From Hyaloraphidium curvatum SAG 235-1 (taxonomy: Eukaryota > Fungi > Monoblepharomycota): 64,000 nt of DNA. Position numbers and translations under genes: made by a program. The stretch covers positions 1 through 64,000 of the forward strand of contig JAIVFI010000014.1 of the NCBI GenBank assembly GCA_025558095.1, written 5' to 3'. Below the pieces are notes generated by a model. The model was not told where the DNA came from, ran no database searches, and saw only the letters and a program-made list of their open reading frames with translations. Below, piece by piece: positions 1 through 10,329 of the stretch (the stretch's first letter is position 1; the number at the start of each line of letters is the position of its first letter).

Positions 1-755
1 ACGCGAGCTGCGCCAACGTGAATGGACGGGCGGTGTGCCGGTGCCGCGCCGGGTTCGTGGGCAACGGGCGGACTTGCACGCGCAGGGATCCCTGCCTGGC
101 CAACAACGGCGGGTGCGCGGCGGACGCGACGTGTACCAACAACGCGGGCACCGCCTCGTGCGCGTGCAAGCCCGGCTTCGCGGGGGACGGGCGGACATGC
201 GAGCGCTCGGGCGGCCTGCTGGCGTTCGCCTCGTGCGGCCCGGACCGCACGTGCTGCGACCCCCCCGCGCGCACCTTCCTCCGCTCGCAGTCCTCCTGCG
301 AGACGGGCTGCGCGGGCGACGACCTGTGCGAGTTCGTCACCTGGGACCCCGCGACTAGCATATGCAGGTGGTACGCCTCGTGCTCCTCGTGGCGCGCGGC
401 ACCCGGCATCCTGTTCGGGCACTTTGAGGACGCCGGCAGGTGCCCGCAGCAGTCTTGCACGCTGTCGCAGCTCAAGCCCTGCGGCTCGTCGCGGACGTGC
501 TGCGCCGACCCCGTCTCGACGCAGCCCTCGACGCGGGAGGAGTGCGAGCGCGGCTGCCTGGCCGACTCGTCGTGCCGGTTCGCCAGCTACGATTTCCGGG
601 CGGGGGAGTGCAGCAGGTTCTCGGCTTGCGGGGGTTACAAGACGGCGCCGACGGGGACGGTGCTGGGGCACTGGAGGAGCGCGGGGGAGTGCCCGAGGTC
701 GACGTGCTCGTCGGCGCGGGGCATCGCGGGGGGTGTAGAGGCGAGGATGGGTTGA
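1..755 (+). CDS. 3' part of a Cys-rich extracellular protein with EGF-like repeats and two PAN/apple-like domains (5' end outside window)
   Basis: EGF patterns CRCRAGFVGNGRTC and DPCLANNGGCAADATC..CACKPGFAGDGRTC; two repeats of C-x3-C-x4-C-x11-C (CETGCAGDDLCEFVTWD / CERGCLADSSCRFASYD); TGA at 753-755. Confidence 0.8.
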   Translation, partial: ASCANVNGRAVCRCRAGFVGNGRTCTRRDPCLANNGGCAADATCTNNAGTASCACKPGFAGDGRTCERSGGLLAFASCGPDRTCCDPPARTFLRSQSSCETGCAGDDLCEFVTWDPATSICRWYASCSSWRAAPGILFGHFEDAGRCPQQSCTLSQLKPCGSSRTCCADPVSTQPSTREECERGCLADSSCRFASYDFRAGECSRFSACGGYKTAPTGTVLGHWRSAGECPRSTCSSARGIAGGVEARMG

Positions 756-987
756 GGGGGGCGGTAACTATGTCACTATGGCCCACTAGAACACGAGATC
801 GTCACCGGGAGGAGACAATCCGCCGAGAAAGATGGTGGTGCAGCGATGGCTGCTCGCATTTGTTGCCCCGGGGAGAATGCCGGGCGCCGCGGGCGGGACG
901 GAGGGCGGGCGGCCGCGCCTCGGAACCTGGCGGGCCTGCCACCGTCTCCCACGCTTCCGCGCCATCCCGCCGCACCCGGATCCGGAG

Positions 988-1884
988 ATGCCTCCGAGCG
1001 ATGCGGCCCCCGCCTCCTCCGCCGCGCACGCCCGCGCCGCGCCCGCCCCGGAGGAATACCCGCGCGGCGCGCGGCTCGCGGGCAAGGTCGCGCTCATCTC
1101 CGGCGCCTCCCGCGGCCTCGGCGCCTCGCACGCCCGCGCCATCGTCGCGCAGGGCGGGAAAGTCGTGATCGCGGACGTGGCGGCGTGCGACGACGCGGGA
1201 AAGGCGCTGGCGGCGGAGCTCGGGAGGGACAGCGCCGAGTACGTGACGCTGGACGTGAGGGACAGGGAGGCGTGGAAGGCGGCGGTGAAGAGGGCGGTGG
1301 AGAGGTTCGGCAAGCTCAACGTGCTGGTATTGAACGCCGGGATCGTCAATTACGGCACCGTGGACGTGTATCCCTACAGGCAGTGGGACGAGGTGGTGCG
1401 TTCCCATCGCCCCGCCCGGCGGCATGTGCGCGCCTCACCCGCCTCCCCCGCCGCGCCGCAGATCGACGTGAACCTGACGGGGGTCTTCAACGGCCTCCGC
1501 GCCGCCGCGGGCGCGCTCAAGGCCGGCGCGCCGTCGTCGGTCGTCGTCGTCTCCTCGGTGTGCGGGCTGCAGGGGTACGCCGCCAACCCGGGGTACGTCG
1601 CGGCAAAGTGGGGCGTGCGCGGGCTGGCAAAGAGCGCCGCGCTGGCGCTGGCACAGTTCGGCGTAAGAGTGAACAGCTTGCACCCGGGAATGATCGAGTC
1701 GCCGATGACCGAGGGCCTGCCGAGGGTGCAGAAGCACGTGGCGATGAAGCGGGCGGGCAAGGCGCACGAGCTGTCCAAGATGGTGGTGTTTTTGGCGTCG
1801 GACGAGTCTTCGTACTCGACCGGGGCCGAGTTCGTCGCGGACGGGGGCGAGACGGCGGGGCTGGCGATGGACTGGAATCTGTGA
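988..1884 (+). CDS. Short-chain dehydrogenase/reductase (3alpha/20beta-HSD-like), copy 1; one intron ~1396-1461
   Basis: SGASRGLG Rossmann motif, LNAG, YVAAK catalytic motif, C-terminal ESSYSTGAEFVADGG; 66-nt in-frame gtgcgt..gcag intron at the same position as in the paralogue. Confidence 0.92.
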   Translation: MPPSDAAPASSAAHARAAPAPEEYPRGARLAGKVALISGASRGLGASHARAIVAQGGKVVIADVAACDDAGKALAAELGRDSAEYVTLDVRDREAWKAAVKRAVERFGKLNVLVLNAGIVNYGTVDVYPYRQWDEVVRSHRPARRHVRASPASPAAPQIDVNLTGVFNGLRAAAGALKAGAPSSVVVVSSVCGLQGYAANPGYVAAKWGVRGLAKSAALALAQFGVRVNSLHPGMIESPMTEGLPRVQKHVAMKRAGKAHELSKMVVFLASDESSYSTGAEFVADGGETAGLAMDWNL

Positions 1885-2043
1885 AGCTGGGGATGCGGAC
1901 GCGGACGCGATCGCGGACGAGGAGAACGGGGAGAAGAGCGCGGACGGAAAGAAAGGTAGTGGTATCGTCGCGAATCAGAGTACAGGCAAAACGTCCAAGA
2001 ATACGGCCCCCTCTTCCCCCATGCGTCCCCATCCCCGAGCATA

Positions 2044-2790
2044 TCACCCGAACCGGCCCGCAGGCACGTCCTGCGGCGACTCCTTCAGCCCCATCATGGC
2101 CTCGGCGGCGCGCACCACGTCGCCTCCCTGTTCCCCGGGCTGCGCAGGCTCGGCGGCCGCGCCCCCCTCCGTGCCCTTTTCCGGCGCCCGCCTGTCCTTC
2201 TTCGGGCGATCCTTGCGGTACGGCGCGTGCCTGCGCAGGGTGGCGGGCGCCGAGGCGGGGCCCGGGTCCGGGGCGGTGTTCCTTGTGGCCACGGTCGGCC
2301 ACGTGCGGGAGCGGCCGATCGCGCCCAGGGGGGGCAGGTAGGGCGGCCGCTGCGGCGGCGGGAAGTGGTCGGTGAGTGCGTGCGCCAGCGGGGGTGGGAA
2401 TAGCGGCGGCGGCCGCGGCAGCCACAGCGGGGGCGGGGCCAGGTGCGCGGGCGGGGCGGGCGGGGGTTGGCGCGGCGGGGGCGCGTGCCACGCGGGGGGC
2501 GGCGGGCGCGGCTGGCCGGGCTCCCTGCCAAAGACCGCCACGTGCGCCGCGCGCAGGGCGGCGGCGTCGCACGCGGCGGTTTTCGAGTCGAGCACCAGCG
2601 CGCGCAGCGGCTCGGGCAGCGCGGCCCACCCCGGCGGCGCGCGCAGCACCGGCGGCGGGCGCAGTGCCGGCCCGCTGCGCCACGGCGGCGCATCCGCGGC
2701 GCCGGGTGGCCGCGCCATGTGGCACCGCGGGCGCGTCGGGGGCGGGCGCGGGCGCGCGAAGGGATCGGGCGGCGGCTGCAGGCGGTCCAT
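2044..2790 (-). CDS. Proline-rich hypothetical protein
   Basis: ORF from ATG 2790 with a basic patch (RKDRPKKDRR) and a C-terminal AAEAMMGL motif; no recognisable domain. Confidence 0.4.
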   Translation of the reverse strand: MDRLQPPPDPFARPRPPPTRPRCHMARPPGAADAPPWRSGPALRPPPVLRAPPGWAALPEPLRALVLDSKTAACDAAALRAAHVAVFGREPGQPRPPPPAWHAPPPRQPPPAPPAHLAPPPLWLPRPPPLFPPPLAHALTDHFPPPQRPPYLPPLGAIGRSRTWPTVATRNTAPDPGPASAPATLRRHAPYRKDRPKKDRRAPEKGTEGGAAAEPAQPGEQGGDVVRAAEAMMGLKESPQDVPAGRFG

Positions 2791-3601
2791 TCTGGCGCCC
2801 TGGCGGGGCAACTCGCGGGGTCCACCGTGCAAGACGGCGCGGCTGCACGGCCGTCTGTGGGCAGGGGATTCCGTCGGCGGCGGTCGTTAGGCGGCGGCAC
2901 CGGACGGGCGGCCCGCCGCGGGGCCCCGGATGATCGGTTCTTGGCGGGCGGCTAGAGGATGCGAAACGCGCCGCCGAAATCACACCGCCGGGGCCATTCC
3001 CGTTTGCAATCAACCCCCAATGTCCGCCGCGATCGTGCATCCCGTTTCTTTGGTCCGGCGGTGGTGTCCTCCGGAGCGCACGGGCTGGAGGCGACGGCCG
3101 CCGGCCGCGGGGGCTTTGCTGACGCTAGATTCGGACACCGTGCGGGCGCGGTTGCGCAACCCAGAACCATCCAATCCCGCGACGGCGGTACCGCACGGTC
3201 GCGCCACTAAGTATGTGATGCCGCTGTCGCCGGGTGGCGGTCATCGGCCGCCACCGGCGGCCGAGCGGCCCGCCGGGCGGGAAAGACCCTATCGGCCACC
3301 CCTACGGAGCCTAAACCCGCCGTCGGACCGCCACCCGCGAACGGCATCAATGCGGACCATCCGGGGTCGTAATGTTGGTTTGTACGATGACGGGGTTGGA
3401 AGGGGCGCCCACGACCCTCCTGCGGCCCGCTTTGCCGCTTTGAGTCATCTCCTCGGCACGGTGGCGTGGGACCGCCCCGATTTTCCGATCGCCGCGCGGA
3501 ACGTAACAGCGGCGATTACTGCGCCTTTTTCCTGGCCCTCCTCATCCCCGCCCTGCCTCCCCCCGGCACCCCGACCGCGCCCGCATCCACACCCTCCCCG
3601 C

Positions 3602-4704
3602 TCATGCGTTCCAATCCATCGCCAGCCCCGCGGTCTCCCCCCCATCGGCCACGAACTCGGCCCCCGTCGAATACGAAGACTCGTCTGACGCCAAAAACAC
3701 AACCATCTTGGAAAGCTCGTGCGCCTTGCCCGCCCGCTTGAGGGCCACGTGCTTCTGCAGCTTGGGCAGGTCCGCCGTCATCGGGCTCTCGATCATCCCC
3801 GGGTGCAGGCTGTTTACTCGTATGCCGTACGGGGCGAGGGAGAGCGCGGCGCTCTTCGCCAGCCCGCGGACGCCGTGCTTGGCCGCGACGTAGCCGGGGA
3901 TCACGCCGTAGCCCTGCAGCCCGGCGGTGGACGAGACCATGATCACCGAGGCGGGGGCAGAGGCTTTGAGCGCGTCGACCGAGGCGCGGAGGCCGTTGAA
4001 GACGCCGGTGAGGTTGATGGCGATCTGCGGAACGGGGCGCGGAGCCGGTGAGCCGAACCCGCGGCAGCGCACCCCGTTCGACGAACCATGTCGTCCCACT
4101 GCTCGTACGTGTAGACGTCCGCCGTCCCCCAGTTGACGATCCCCGCGTTGAGGATCAGCACGTTGAGCTTGCCGAACCTCTGCACCGTCCTCTCCACCGC
4201 CTTCTTCCACCCCTCGCGGTCCCTGACATCCAGCGTGACGTACTCGGCGTTCTCGGCCCCCAGCCCTTTCGCCAGCGCCTTCCCGCCCTCGTCGCACGCC
4301 GCCACGTCCGCAATCACGACTTTCCCGCCCTGGGCGACGATGGCGCGGGCGTGCGAGGCGCCGAGGCCGCGGGAGGCGCCCGAGATGAGCGCGACCTTGC
4401 CGGCCAGGCGGGTGCCGCGGGGGTATTCCTCCGATGCCGGTGCCGAAGGGGCGGAGGGGGAGACGCCCGCGGCGGGGGCACCGGCGGCGGACGACGGCGC
4501 CGGCCCCGTGTACGCCGGCATCGCAACCGCCAGCATCGGCATCAGCTCTGCCAGGCTCTTCTGCTTCGCTGGTTGCGGGCCGGCCGGTGCGGGTGCGGGT
4601 GCGGCCGGCTGCGCGGAGGACGAGGGCGCCGGCCCCGTGTACGCGGGCAGCGCGACGGCGAGCATCGGCATGAGCTCCGCGAGCGATTTGCGGTCGCCGG
4701 ACAT
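3602..4704 (-). CDS. Short-chain dehydrogenase/reductase, copy 2, with duplicated N-terminal peptide; intron 4025-4086
   Basis: Same SDR motifs, highly similar to 988-1884; the 62-nt gttcgt..gcag intron joins ORFs 3943..4704 and 3602..4918. Confidence 0.92.
4489..4689 (-). repeat. Two 72-nt coding repeats (4618-4689, 4489-4560) encoding KSLAELMPMLAVA[L/M]PAYTGPAPSS
   Basis: Direct codon-by-codon comparison. Confidence 0.9.
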
Positions 4705-5279
4705 CGGTTCGGAGGAGGGGCGGGCGCGATGCGGAGGGCGTCGGGTGGGCGGAGCGACGCGGGGGCGATCTCCCTCCGATCGGAGGCGCCGCGATCACGC
4801 CATGCTGGCGGCGGTGGTGATCGGGCAAAGAGAACGGGATGGCAGCCGATGCTTCTCCTGCTTTACCAGCCAACCGGCGCGGACGCCAGGCAGCCCCAGG
4901 ATGGGAAATGGGAGACATAGCCGACAGCTAGCCGATGAAGGATGGGACTGATGTACTCTGCGGCCCCATCGCAGAAGCGCGAGGCTACCGATGTCATTCG
5001 ATGATGCAGAAAAGATCATGTTTGCCGACGGACCCGCGGTTTCGGAGCGGCGGTGCTGCATAGTCCGAATAGCAATATGCCGTTCCACAGCGGCCGAGGG
5101 CAGCGACAAAGGAGCGCAGCCCATCGACAGCGCAGCATCCCTGCAGCTCAAGCTTCATCACGCGGAAGTGTGGCAGATGTCGATGCCCGATGGGGGATCG
5201 GTGAGCCGTCCCCCATATCCGGCGATGACCCAAGCCCCGGACCCGCGAACCAACCACCGGATCGCCCTCGCCCTCCACG

Positions 5280-6446
5280 ATGCGCCGCCCCGCCCTCCTC
5301 GCGGCCATAGCCGCCCTCCTCCTCGCCGCGATTTTCCCGCGGGGTGCGGCGGCCACCACTTCCCCCGCGCAGCGCGAGTTCGAGGCCGCGCTGTCGGCGC
5401 TCGTCGCCGGCCCCGGGCTCCCCCGCGGCGCCATCGCGGCCGTCAAGGCGTCTGGCAACGAGATTGTCACCGCCGTCGGCTTCTCGGACGTCGCCGCGGG
5501 CCGCAAGGCGGGCGGGTGGGACACCGTGCGGATCGCCAGCGTGTCCAAGGCCTTCTCGGGCGCCGCGTCGCTGGCAAAGGTTAAGGCCAACCGGCTGTCG
5601 CTCTCGTCGACCGTCGGCAGCGTGCTGCGGCCGCTCAACCTGACCTCCAAGTGGCGCGCCGTCACGCTCGGCCAGCTGCTGCAGCACACCTCGGGCATCT
5701 ACGACTTCTCGCGGACCCCGGCCTTCGTGCAGGCACTCATCCCGACGCTCAACTCCCCCCGCCACCCGCCCCCGCGGACGCTCGTCTCGTACGCCGAGCC
5801 CTACCCGCTGAACTTTCCCCCGGGCTCCAGGTTCCAGTACAGCAACACGGACAACATCCTCGCGGCCCTCATGGTCGCGCAGGTCTACGGGCACCCCTAC
5901 GAGGTCGCCCTCGCCGAGCTGATCACCCGGCCCCTCGGCCTGTCAAAGACCTTGATCCCCCCCGGCAACCTGCTCCCCTCCCCCCACATGCGCGGCTACG
6001 ACCTCGAAAGCAACGGCACCCTCGACGACGTCACCACGCTGTTCGCGGCCGGGTGGTCCTGGTCCTCGGGCGGCGTCGCGTCGACGGTCCCCGAGGTCGC
6101 CGCCTTTTTCCGCGCCTACGTCTCGGGCAAGTTCGCCACCCCCGCCGCGCGGAGGGCGCAGTTCCGGTTCGTCCCCGGGAACTCGGAGCCCCCGGGGCCC
6201 GGGACCAACGCCGCGGGCATGGCGCTGTTCCGGTACGTCGTGCCCTGCCGCGGCAGGGGCAACGTGACGGTCTACGGGCACACGGGCAACACGCCGGGGT
6301 ACACAGCCTTTGCGGCCGCGTCGGCGGACGGGAGGCGGTCCGCGGCCGTGTCGATCGGCGCCCAGATCACGGCCACCACGAACGCGGCAAGGTTCCCGGC
6401 GCTGAGGGAGGTGTTCAGACTGGCCGTGTGCGCGGCCATGGCGTGA
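5280..6446 (+). CDS. Secreted serine hydrolase, beta-lactamase/D-Ala-D-Ala carboxypeptidase (S12) family
   Basis: Signal peptide; SxxK (SVSK), LLQHTSGI, YxN (YSN), HTG motifs; intronless. Confidence 0.92.
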   Translation: MRRPALLAAIAALLLAAIFPRGAAATTSPAQREFEAALSALVAGPGLPRGAIAAVKASGNEIVTAVGFSDVAAGRKAGGWDTVRIASVSKAFSGAASLAKVKANRLSLSSTVGSVLRPLNLTSKWRAVTLGQLLQHTSGIYDFSRTPAFVQALIPTLNSPRHPPPRTLVSYAEPYPLNFPPGSRFQYSNTDNILAALMVAQVYGHPYEVALAELITRPLGLSKTLIPPGNLLPSPHMRGYDLESNGTLDDVTTLFAAGWSWSSGGVASTVPEVAAFFRAYVSGKFATPAARRAQFRFVPGNSEPPGPGTNAAGMALFRYVVPCRGRGNVTVYGHTGNTPGYTAFAAASADGRRSAAVSIGAQITATTNAARFPALREVFRLAVCAAMA

Positions 6447-6622
6447 GGGAACTATTTGGAGGGGATCACGATAAGCAATGTGTGGAGAGAGGGCAATGGC
6501 AATCTTCATTGCGTGGATCGACGCGCTCGATCTGCCCCGCAACCTGCTCGTCGTCATTGGTCGGACACCAGGGTCCTGCTTGCGATGACCGATCCCGCGA
6601 GCGCCTCCCCGAGAGCGCCCAG

Positions 6623-8617
6623 TTAACCCCGCACCAGGTCCCTCGACAGCCGCATCTCTCTCATGTCCCCGCCCCCAACGGGCGGCAGCCCCCTGAACTC
6701 GCCCACCGTCACCCTCGACTCCCTCAGCGCGTCTCCAAACACCTCCTCGAGCTGCGCAAGGCACCGCGCCCGCGCGGCAAAGTGGCCCGGCTTGGACGAC
6801 AGCCCGCCGGCGCCGCGGTTGCCGAAATCATGCACGACGGCCTCGGGGTTGCACCCCAGCCGCACGTCCTCCTCCCCGCCGTCCGCGGCTCTGCGGCGGA
6901 GGAGGTACTCCCCGTCCAGGAACCCGGCGTCGAAGTACGCCTTCCTCCCTTCCCCCGTCGCCGGATCCATCCCCGCGGGGAGCTCCCCGCACCTCACCTT
7001 CCTCTCCCCCGGCCACGCCAGCAGCGGCGCCTTGCCCGCCGTTCCCGCCGCCACGAACCCCGCCGCGAGGTCCTCGCAGTTTGCCTCGCGGTCCACCAGC
7101 GCGTGCACGGCGTCGGGCAGCGCGCACGAGTACAGGAAGAGCAGGTCCGCCGGCGCCGCCATGAGCTTGGTCAGGGCGAGGGAGTACCCTTTCATCTCGT
7201 GCGCGCCGGCGAGGTAGCGCGGGTACCCGTCCCGGCCCCTGGCGTGCCCGCGCGCGTGGAAGCCCGCGGGGCGGTCGGGGTCCAGGAGGTGCGCGCGGCG
7301 GAGCAGGTCGAGCGCCGCGTGGGAGGGGAGTACATCGTCGTCGGCGACGAGGACCGAGGACGAGGGGAGGGAAGGGATGGGGAGGAAGCGCGCGTTGAGG
7401 GAGTCGCGGGGGGCGGGGAGGATGCGCACGGGTGCGGTGCCCGGGGGCGGGGGTGCTTTGTGCGGCCAATTGGGTGGCAAGGCTTCGGCGAGGGAGGATG
7501 TGGCGGGGTTGAGCCAGAGGAGGTAGACGGCAGATACGGCGGGGCTGGCGGCGTAGTGGCGCAGGAGCAGGGCGACCGTGTCCAGATCGCGGTCGAAGGT
7601 GGAGAGCAGCACGGCGAGCTTAGGGTCGTCCGACGATTGCGGTGGCGGCGGAAGCAGGTCCCGCGAGATGGGCCACGGGGCGAGCGAGGGCTCTGCGTCC
7701 CGCGACGAAGCGAGACGAAAGAGAACGTCGCACCTCGGCGCCCGGCCCGCCCAGCGCTCCGCCTCCCCATTCGCAAGCACCCCCGCCCTCGCTCGCGCCG
7801 CATTGTAAGCCCTCTGCCACGCCCACCACGCCGCCGGGTCGAACGAGTCGCGCCAGCGCGGCGAGGCGGCGCGGAAAAAGTCCCACGGCCGCGCCGGGCC
7901 GTCGAAGACGAGGACGGCGGCGCGGTCGGCGAGCGCGGGGTAGCCCGCCAGGCGGGCGAGTGAGGTGGGCACGTTGAAAGTGCGAGGGAGGCGTGCCCAG
8001 GAGGTGCCGGGGAAGGAGGCGGCGAGCAGGTCCGCCGGGGTCGCCATCGCGTTGGTTTCTACCCATGCCAGCAGCGACTCCATCGTTCCCAGATTGGGCC
8101 GCAGCACGACCACGGCGGGATCGGATGCGTCTCCGTCCAGGGCCTCGCCCGCCGCCAGCACCGCCATCCCCGTTGAGGGCAGCCGTTTGAGCGAAGCGTC
8201 GTCCAGCAAGCCGCAGACCCCGCCCGGGCCCGTTGCCCGCACCGCCAGCGCGTTGGAGGCCAGAAACGCGACTGCCGAGAACGGCAGGCCCCACAGAAGC
8301 GCGAAATCCGCGGTGCAGCTCGATGGTCCCACCCGCCCCTCGTCCCCGCCGGCGACCACTCGGCAGGCGGGGCACGCCCTCCGCAGCGCATCACTCTCCG
8401 CACGGTGCGCGATGACGACGAAGGGCAGTCCGCACGGCCGCAGCGACTCGGCCAGCGCGGCGACGGCGTCGGGCGGCGCGCCCCCGCAGAGCGCGGTGGC
8501 AAAGGCGCGTCCCTCCGCGGCCGGGGAGCCCGCCCGCCGCCGCCGCAGCCCGGAGGCAAAAAGCGCGGTCGCCGCGAGCAGCAGCGCACGGAAGAGCAGC
8601 CGCCGCAGGCCGCGCAT
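6623..8617 (-). CDS. Type II membrane glycosyltransferase: degenerate GT8-like domain fused to GT64 (exostosin C-terminal-like) domain
   Basis: N-terminal basic residues plus TM helix; GT8-like VVVLRPN, WARLPRTFN, GPARPW; GT64-like SLNARFLP, VADDDV, YSLALTK, NCEDL, ARARCL. Confidence 0.78.
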   Translation of the reverse strand: MRGLRRLLFRALLLAATALFASGLRRRRAGSPAAEGRAFATALCGGAPPDAVAALAESLRPCGLPFVVIAHRAESDALRRACPACRVVAGGDEGRVGPSSCTADFALLWGLPFSAVAFLASNALAVRATGPGGVCGLLDDASLKRLPSTGMAVLAAGEALDGDASDPAVVVLRPNLGTMESLLAWVETNAMATPADLLAASFPGTSWARLPRTFNVPTSLARLAGYPALADRAAVLVFDGPARPWDFFRAASPRWRDSFDPAAWWAWQRAYNAARARAGVLANGEAERWAGRAPRCDVLFRLASSRDAEPSLAPWPISRDLLPPPPQSSDDPKLAVLLSTFDRDLDTVALLLRHYAASPAVSAVYLLWLNPATSSLAEALPPNWPHKAPPPPGTAPVRILPAPRDSLNARFLPIPSLPSSSVLVADDDVLPSHAALDLLRRAHLLDPDRPAGFHARGHARGRDGYPRYLAGAHEMKGYSLALTKLMAAPADLLFLYSCALPDAVHALVDREANCEDLAAGFVAAGTAGKAPLLAWPGERKVRCGELPAGMDPATGEGRKAYFDAGFLDGEYLLRRRAADGGEEDVRLGCNPEAVVHDFGNRGAGGLSSKPGHFAARARCLAQLEEVFGDALRESRVTVGEFRGLPPVGGGDMREMRLSRDLVRG

Positions 8618-8800
8618 CGGGGAGGGGGCCCAGGGGATCGATGGGAGGATTTGGGGGTTGACTCCAAAGTAAGGCCGCATCCGTCATCCTTCATCCTCGG
8701 GCCATCCAAGCGAGCGATACAATATAAGCGATTTCCTCCCCACATCCGAGGATCCCCTCCCTCGCACCGGCCTCACCTCGCACAGGCCCCCGATCACTGA

Positions 8801-9730
8801 TCACCTCAGCCCCCACTCGGTCAGCTTGGTGTTGGCGAACCGCATCGCCATCATCGCCACTCCGTTGGACAGCATGCTGCGCACCGTGCCCGGCCATATG
8901 CCGCGGTACAGCCCGCGGAAGCCGTGCTCGCGGATCAGGTACGCCACCCGCTCCCGCACCGTCGGGTCGTTCGCCACCAGCTTCGCCCCGCCGCGGACGA
9001 CCTCCACGGGGGTCCGGCCCTGCACCTGGTTCTTGATCACCTCGGCCGGCCAGCACAGCCAGAACCCCAGCGTCGCCGAGCACGCGCTGGCCAGCCCCGC
9101 GCCGAGGTACGTGTCGAACACCTTGGCGTGCTTGCGCCGCAGGTTGTCCATCACGACAAAATACGTGACCATGACCCCCGAGGAGCGCACCCACTGGAAC
9201 GGGTACCCCCTGAAGACGTCCCGCAGCGCGTAGCCCTGCAGGATCTGGCGGTTCACCTTGGCGTACTCGACGGGGCACTCGACCACCGAGCGCGCCGTGC
9301 TCGCGGCCACCGCCGCCGCCAGCACGCGGCGCTGCATGCCCCCCGTGCCCGGCACCTCGGTCGTCCACCACGTCTCGTTGGGCGCCGCCTGCCGCGTGCC
9401 CTTGGGCGCCGCCGGGTCGTCGACGGCGCCCCAGTGCGTGAACAGCCCCTCGAACACGGCGAACTGCACGGACCGGAACACCGCCGAGCCCCACAGCGGC
9501 GGCCACCACCCGCGGTACAGGCCGCGCAGCCCCTCGGTCCGGTACACGCGCGCCAGCTGGGCCGACATGCCCTCGTGCGACTCAAGGAAGCCGTGTTGCG
9601 AGGTCATCTTCGTCTTGATGGTGTCGAAGGGGTGGCCGACGAGCACCGAGACGGAGCCGTACAGGACGCCGGTGGAGAGGGAGAGGAGGGATTCGCGGAG
9701 CGCGTGCGAGCGCGGCTCGTTGTGCGTCAT
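8801..9730 (-). CDS. Mitochondrial carrier family (SLC25) protein
   Basis: Three Px[DE]xxK motifs (HPFDTIK, CPVEYAK, WPAEVIK); EGLRGLYRG and HGFRGLYRG. Confidence 0.92.
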   Translation of the reverse strand: MTHNEPRSHALRESLLSLSTGVLYGSVSVLVGHPFDTIKTKMTSQHGFLESHEGMSAQLARVYRTEGLRGLYRGWWPPLWGSAVFRSVQFAVFEGLFTHWGAVDDPAAPKGTRQAAPNETWWTTEVPGTGGMQRRVLAAAVAASTARSVVECPVEYAKVNRQILQGYALRDVFRGYPFQWVRSSGVMVTYFVVMDNLRRKHAKVFDTYLGAGLASACSATLGFWLCWPAEVIKNQVQGRTPVEVVRGGAKLVANDPTVRERVAYLIREHGFRGLYRGIWPGTVRSMLSNGVAMMAMRFANTKLTEWGLR

Positions 9731-10329
9731 TGTCCGGCAGGGGAGGAAAGGGCGGGCGGGCGAAAAATTCACGCCCAGGAGCGGTCGAGGACGGCGTTCC
9801 TTTGGCCCGGACGGGCGGAAGCTCGCCGGGGCGTTGGGGGGGTGTTTGCAATGCGGCGCGGGAGGCACTTGACTTCCCTTGCCCCCACCCGCCGTGCCGC
9901 CCGGTCGGTGGCAAGTGACATTCCGCCGATCGCCGGTCGCAGGGCGATGTCGGAACCACAAGAACAAATGGATTGGCAAGCTGGCATGCTTTGCTGCTCG
10001 CTCGACCTCGGATGGGCGACAGCCGGCACAGTGCCGAGCCCCGCCGGTCACCAATCAGTTTCCTCGTCCGGAAATAAGCGGAAGCGCGTCCCCTTCGCGG
10101 GGTTCTGCTGGGCTGCAGGGCAGCTCGATAATGGCGACGCTGGCTGTGGGCTTGTGGAGCTTGCTGAGGGGGCCGGGGCTGGCGGTGGTGGCGGACAACG
10201 TGTGCCCATCGGGGTGACGGCGTGGGGGGCGCCGGTGCGGTGCGAGTGACATGCGCTGGACTACGGGCGTTTGCCTTGGGCAATGGGAGCTGAACATGAT
10301 ACTGCCGCTTTCCATGCTTCCATCCATTC

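Noticed and set aside
3225-3285. GC-rich hairpin ggtggcgg..ccgccacc
   Set aside because: An 8-bp stem is expected by chance at this GC content
5651-7963. 770-aa plus-strand ORF and the many other long Arg/Pro/Ala-rich overlapping ORFs
   Set aside because: Expected shadow frames in very GC-rich DNA; they overlap motif-supported genes
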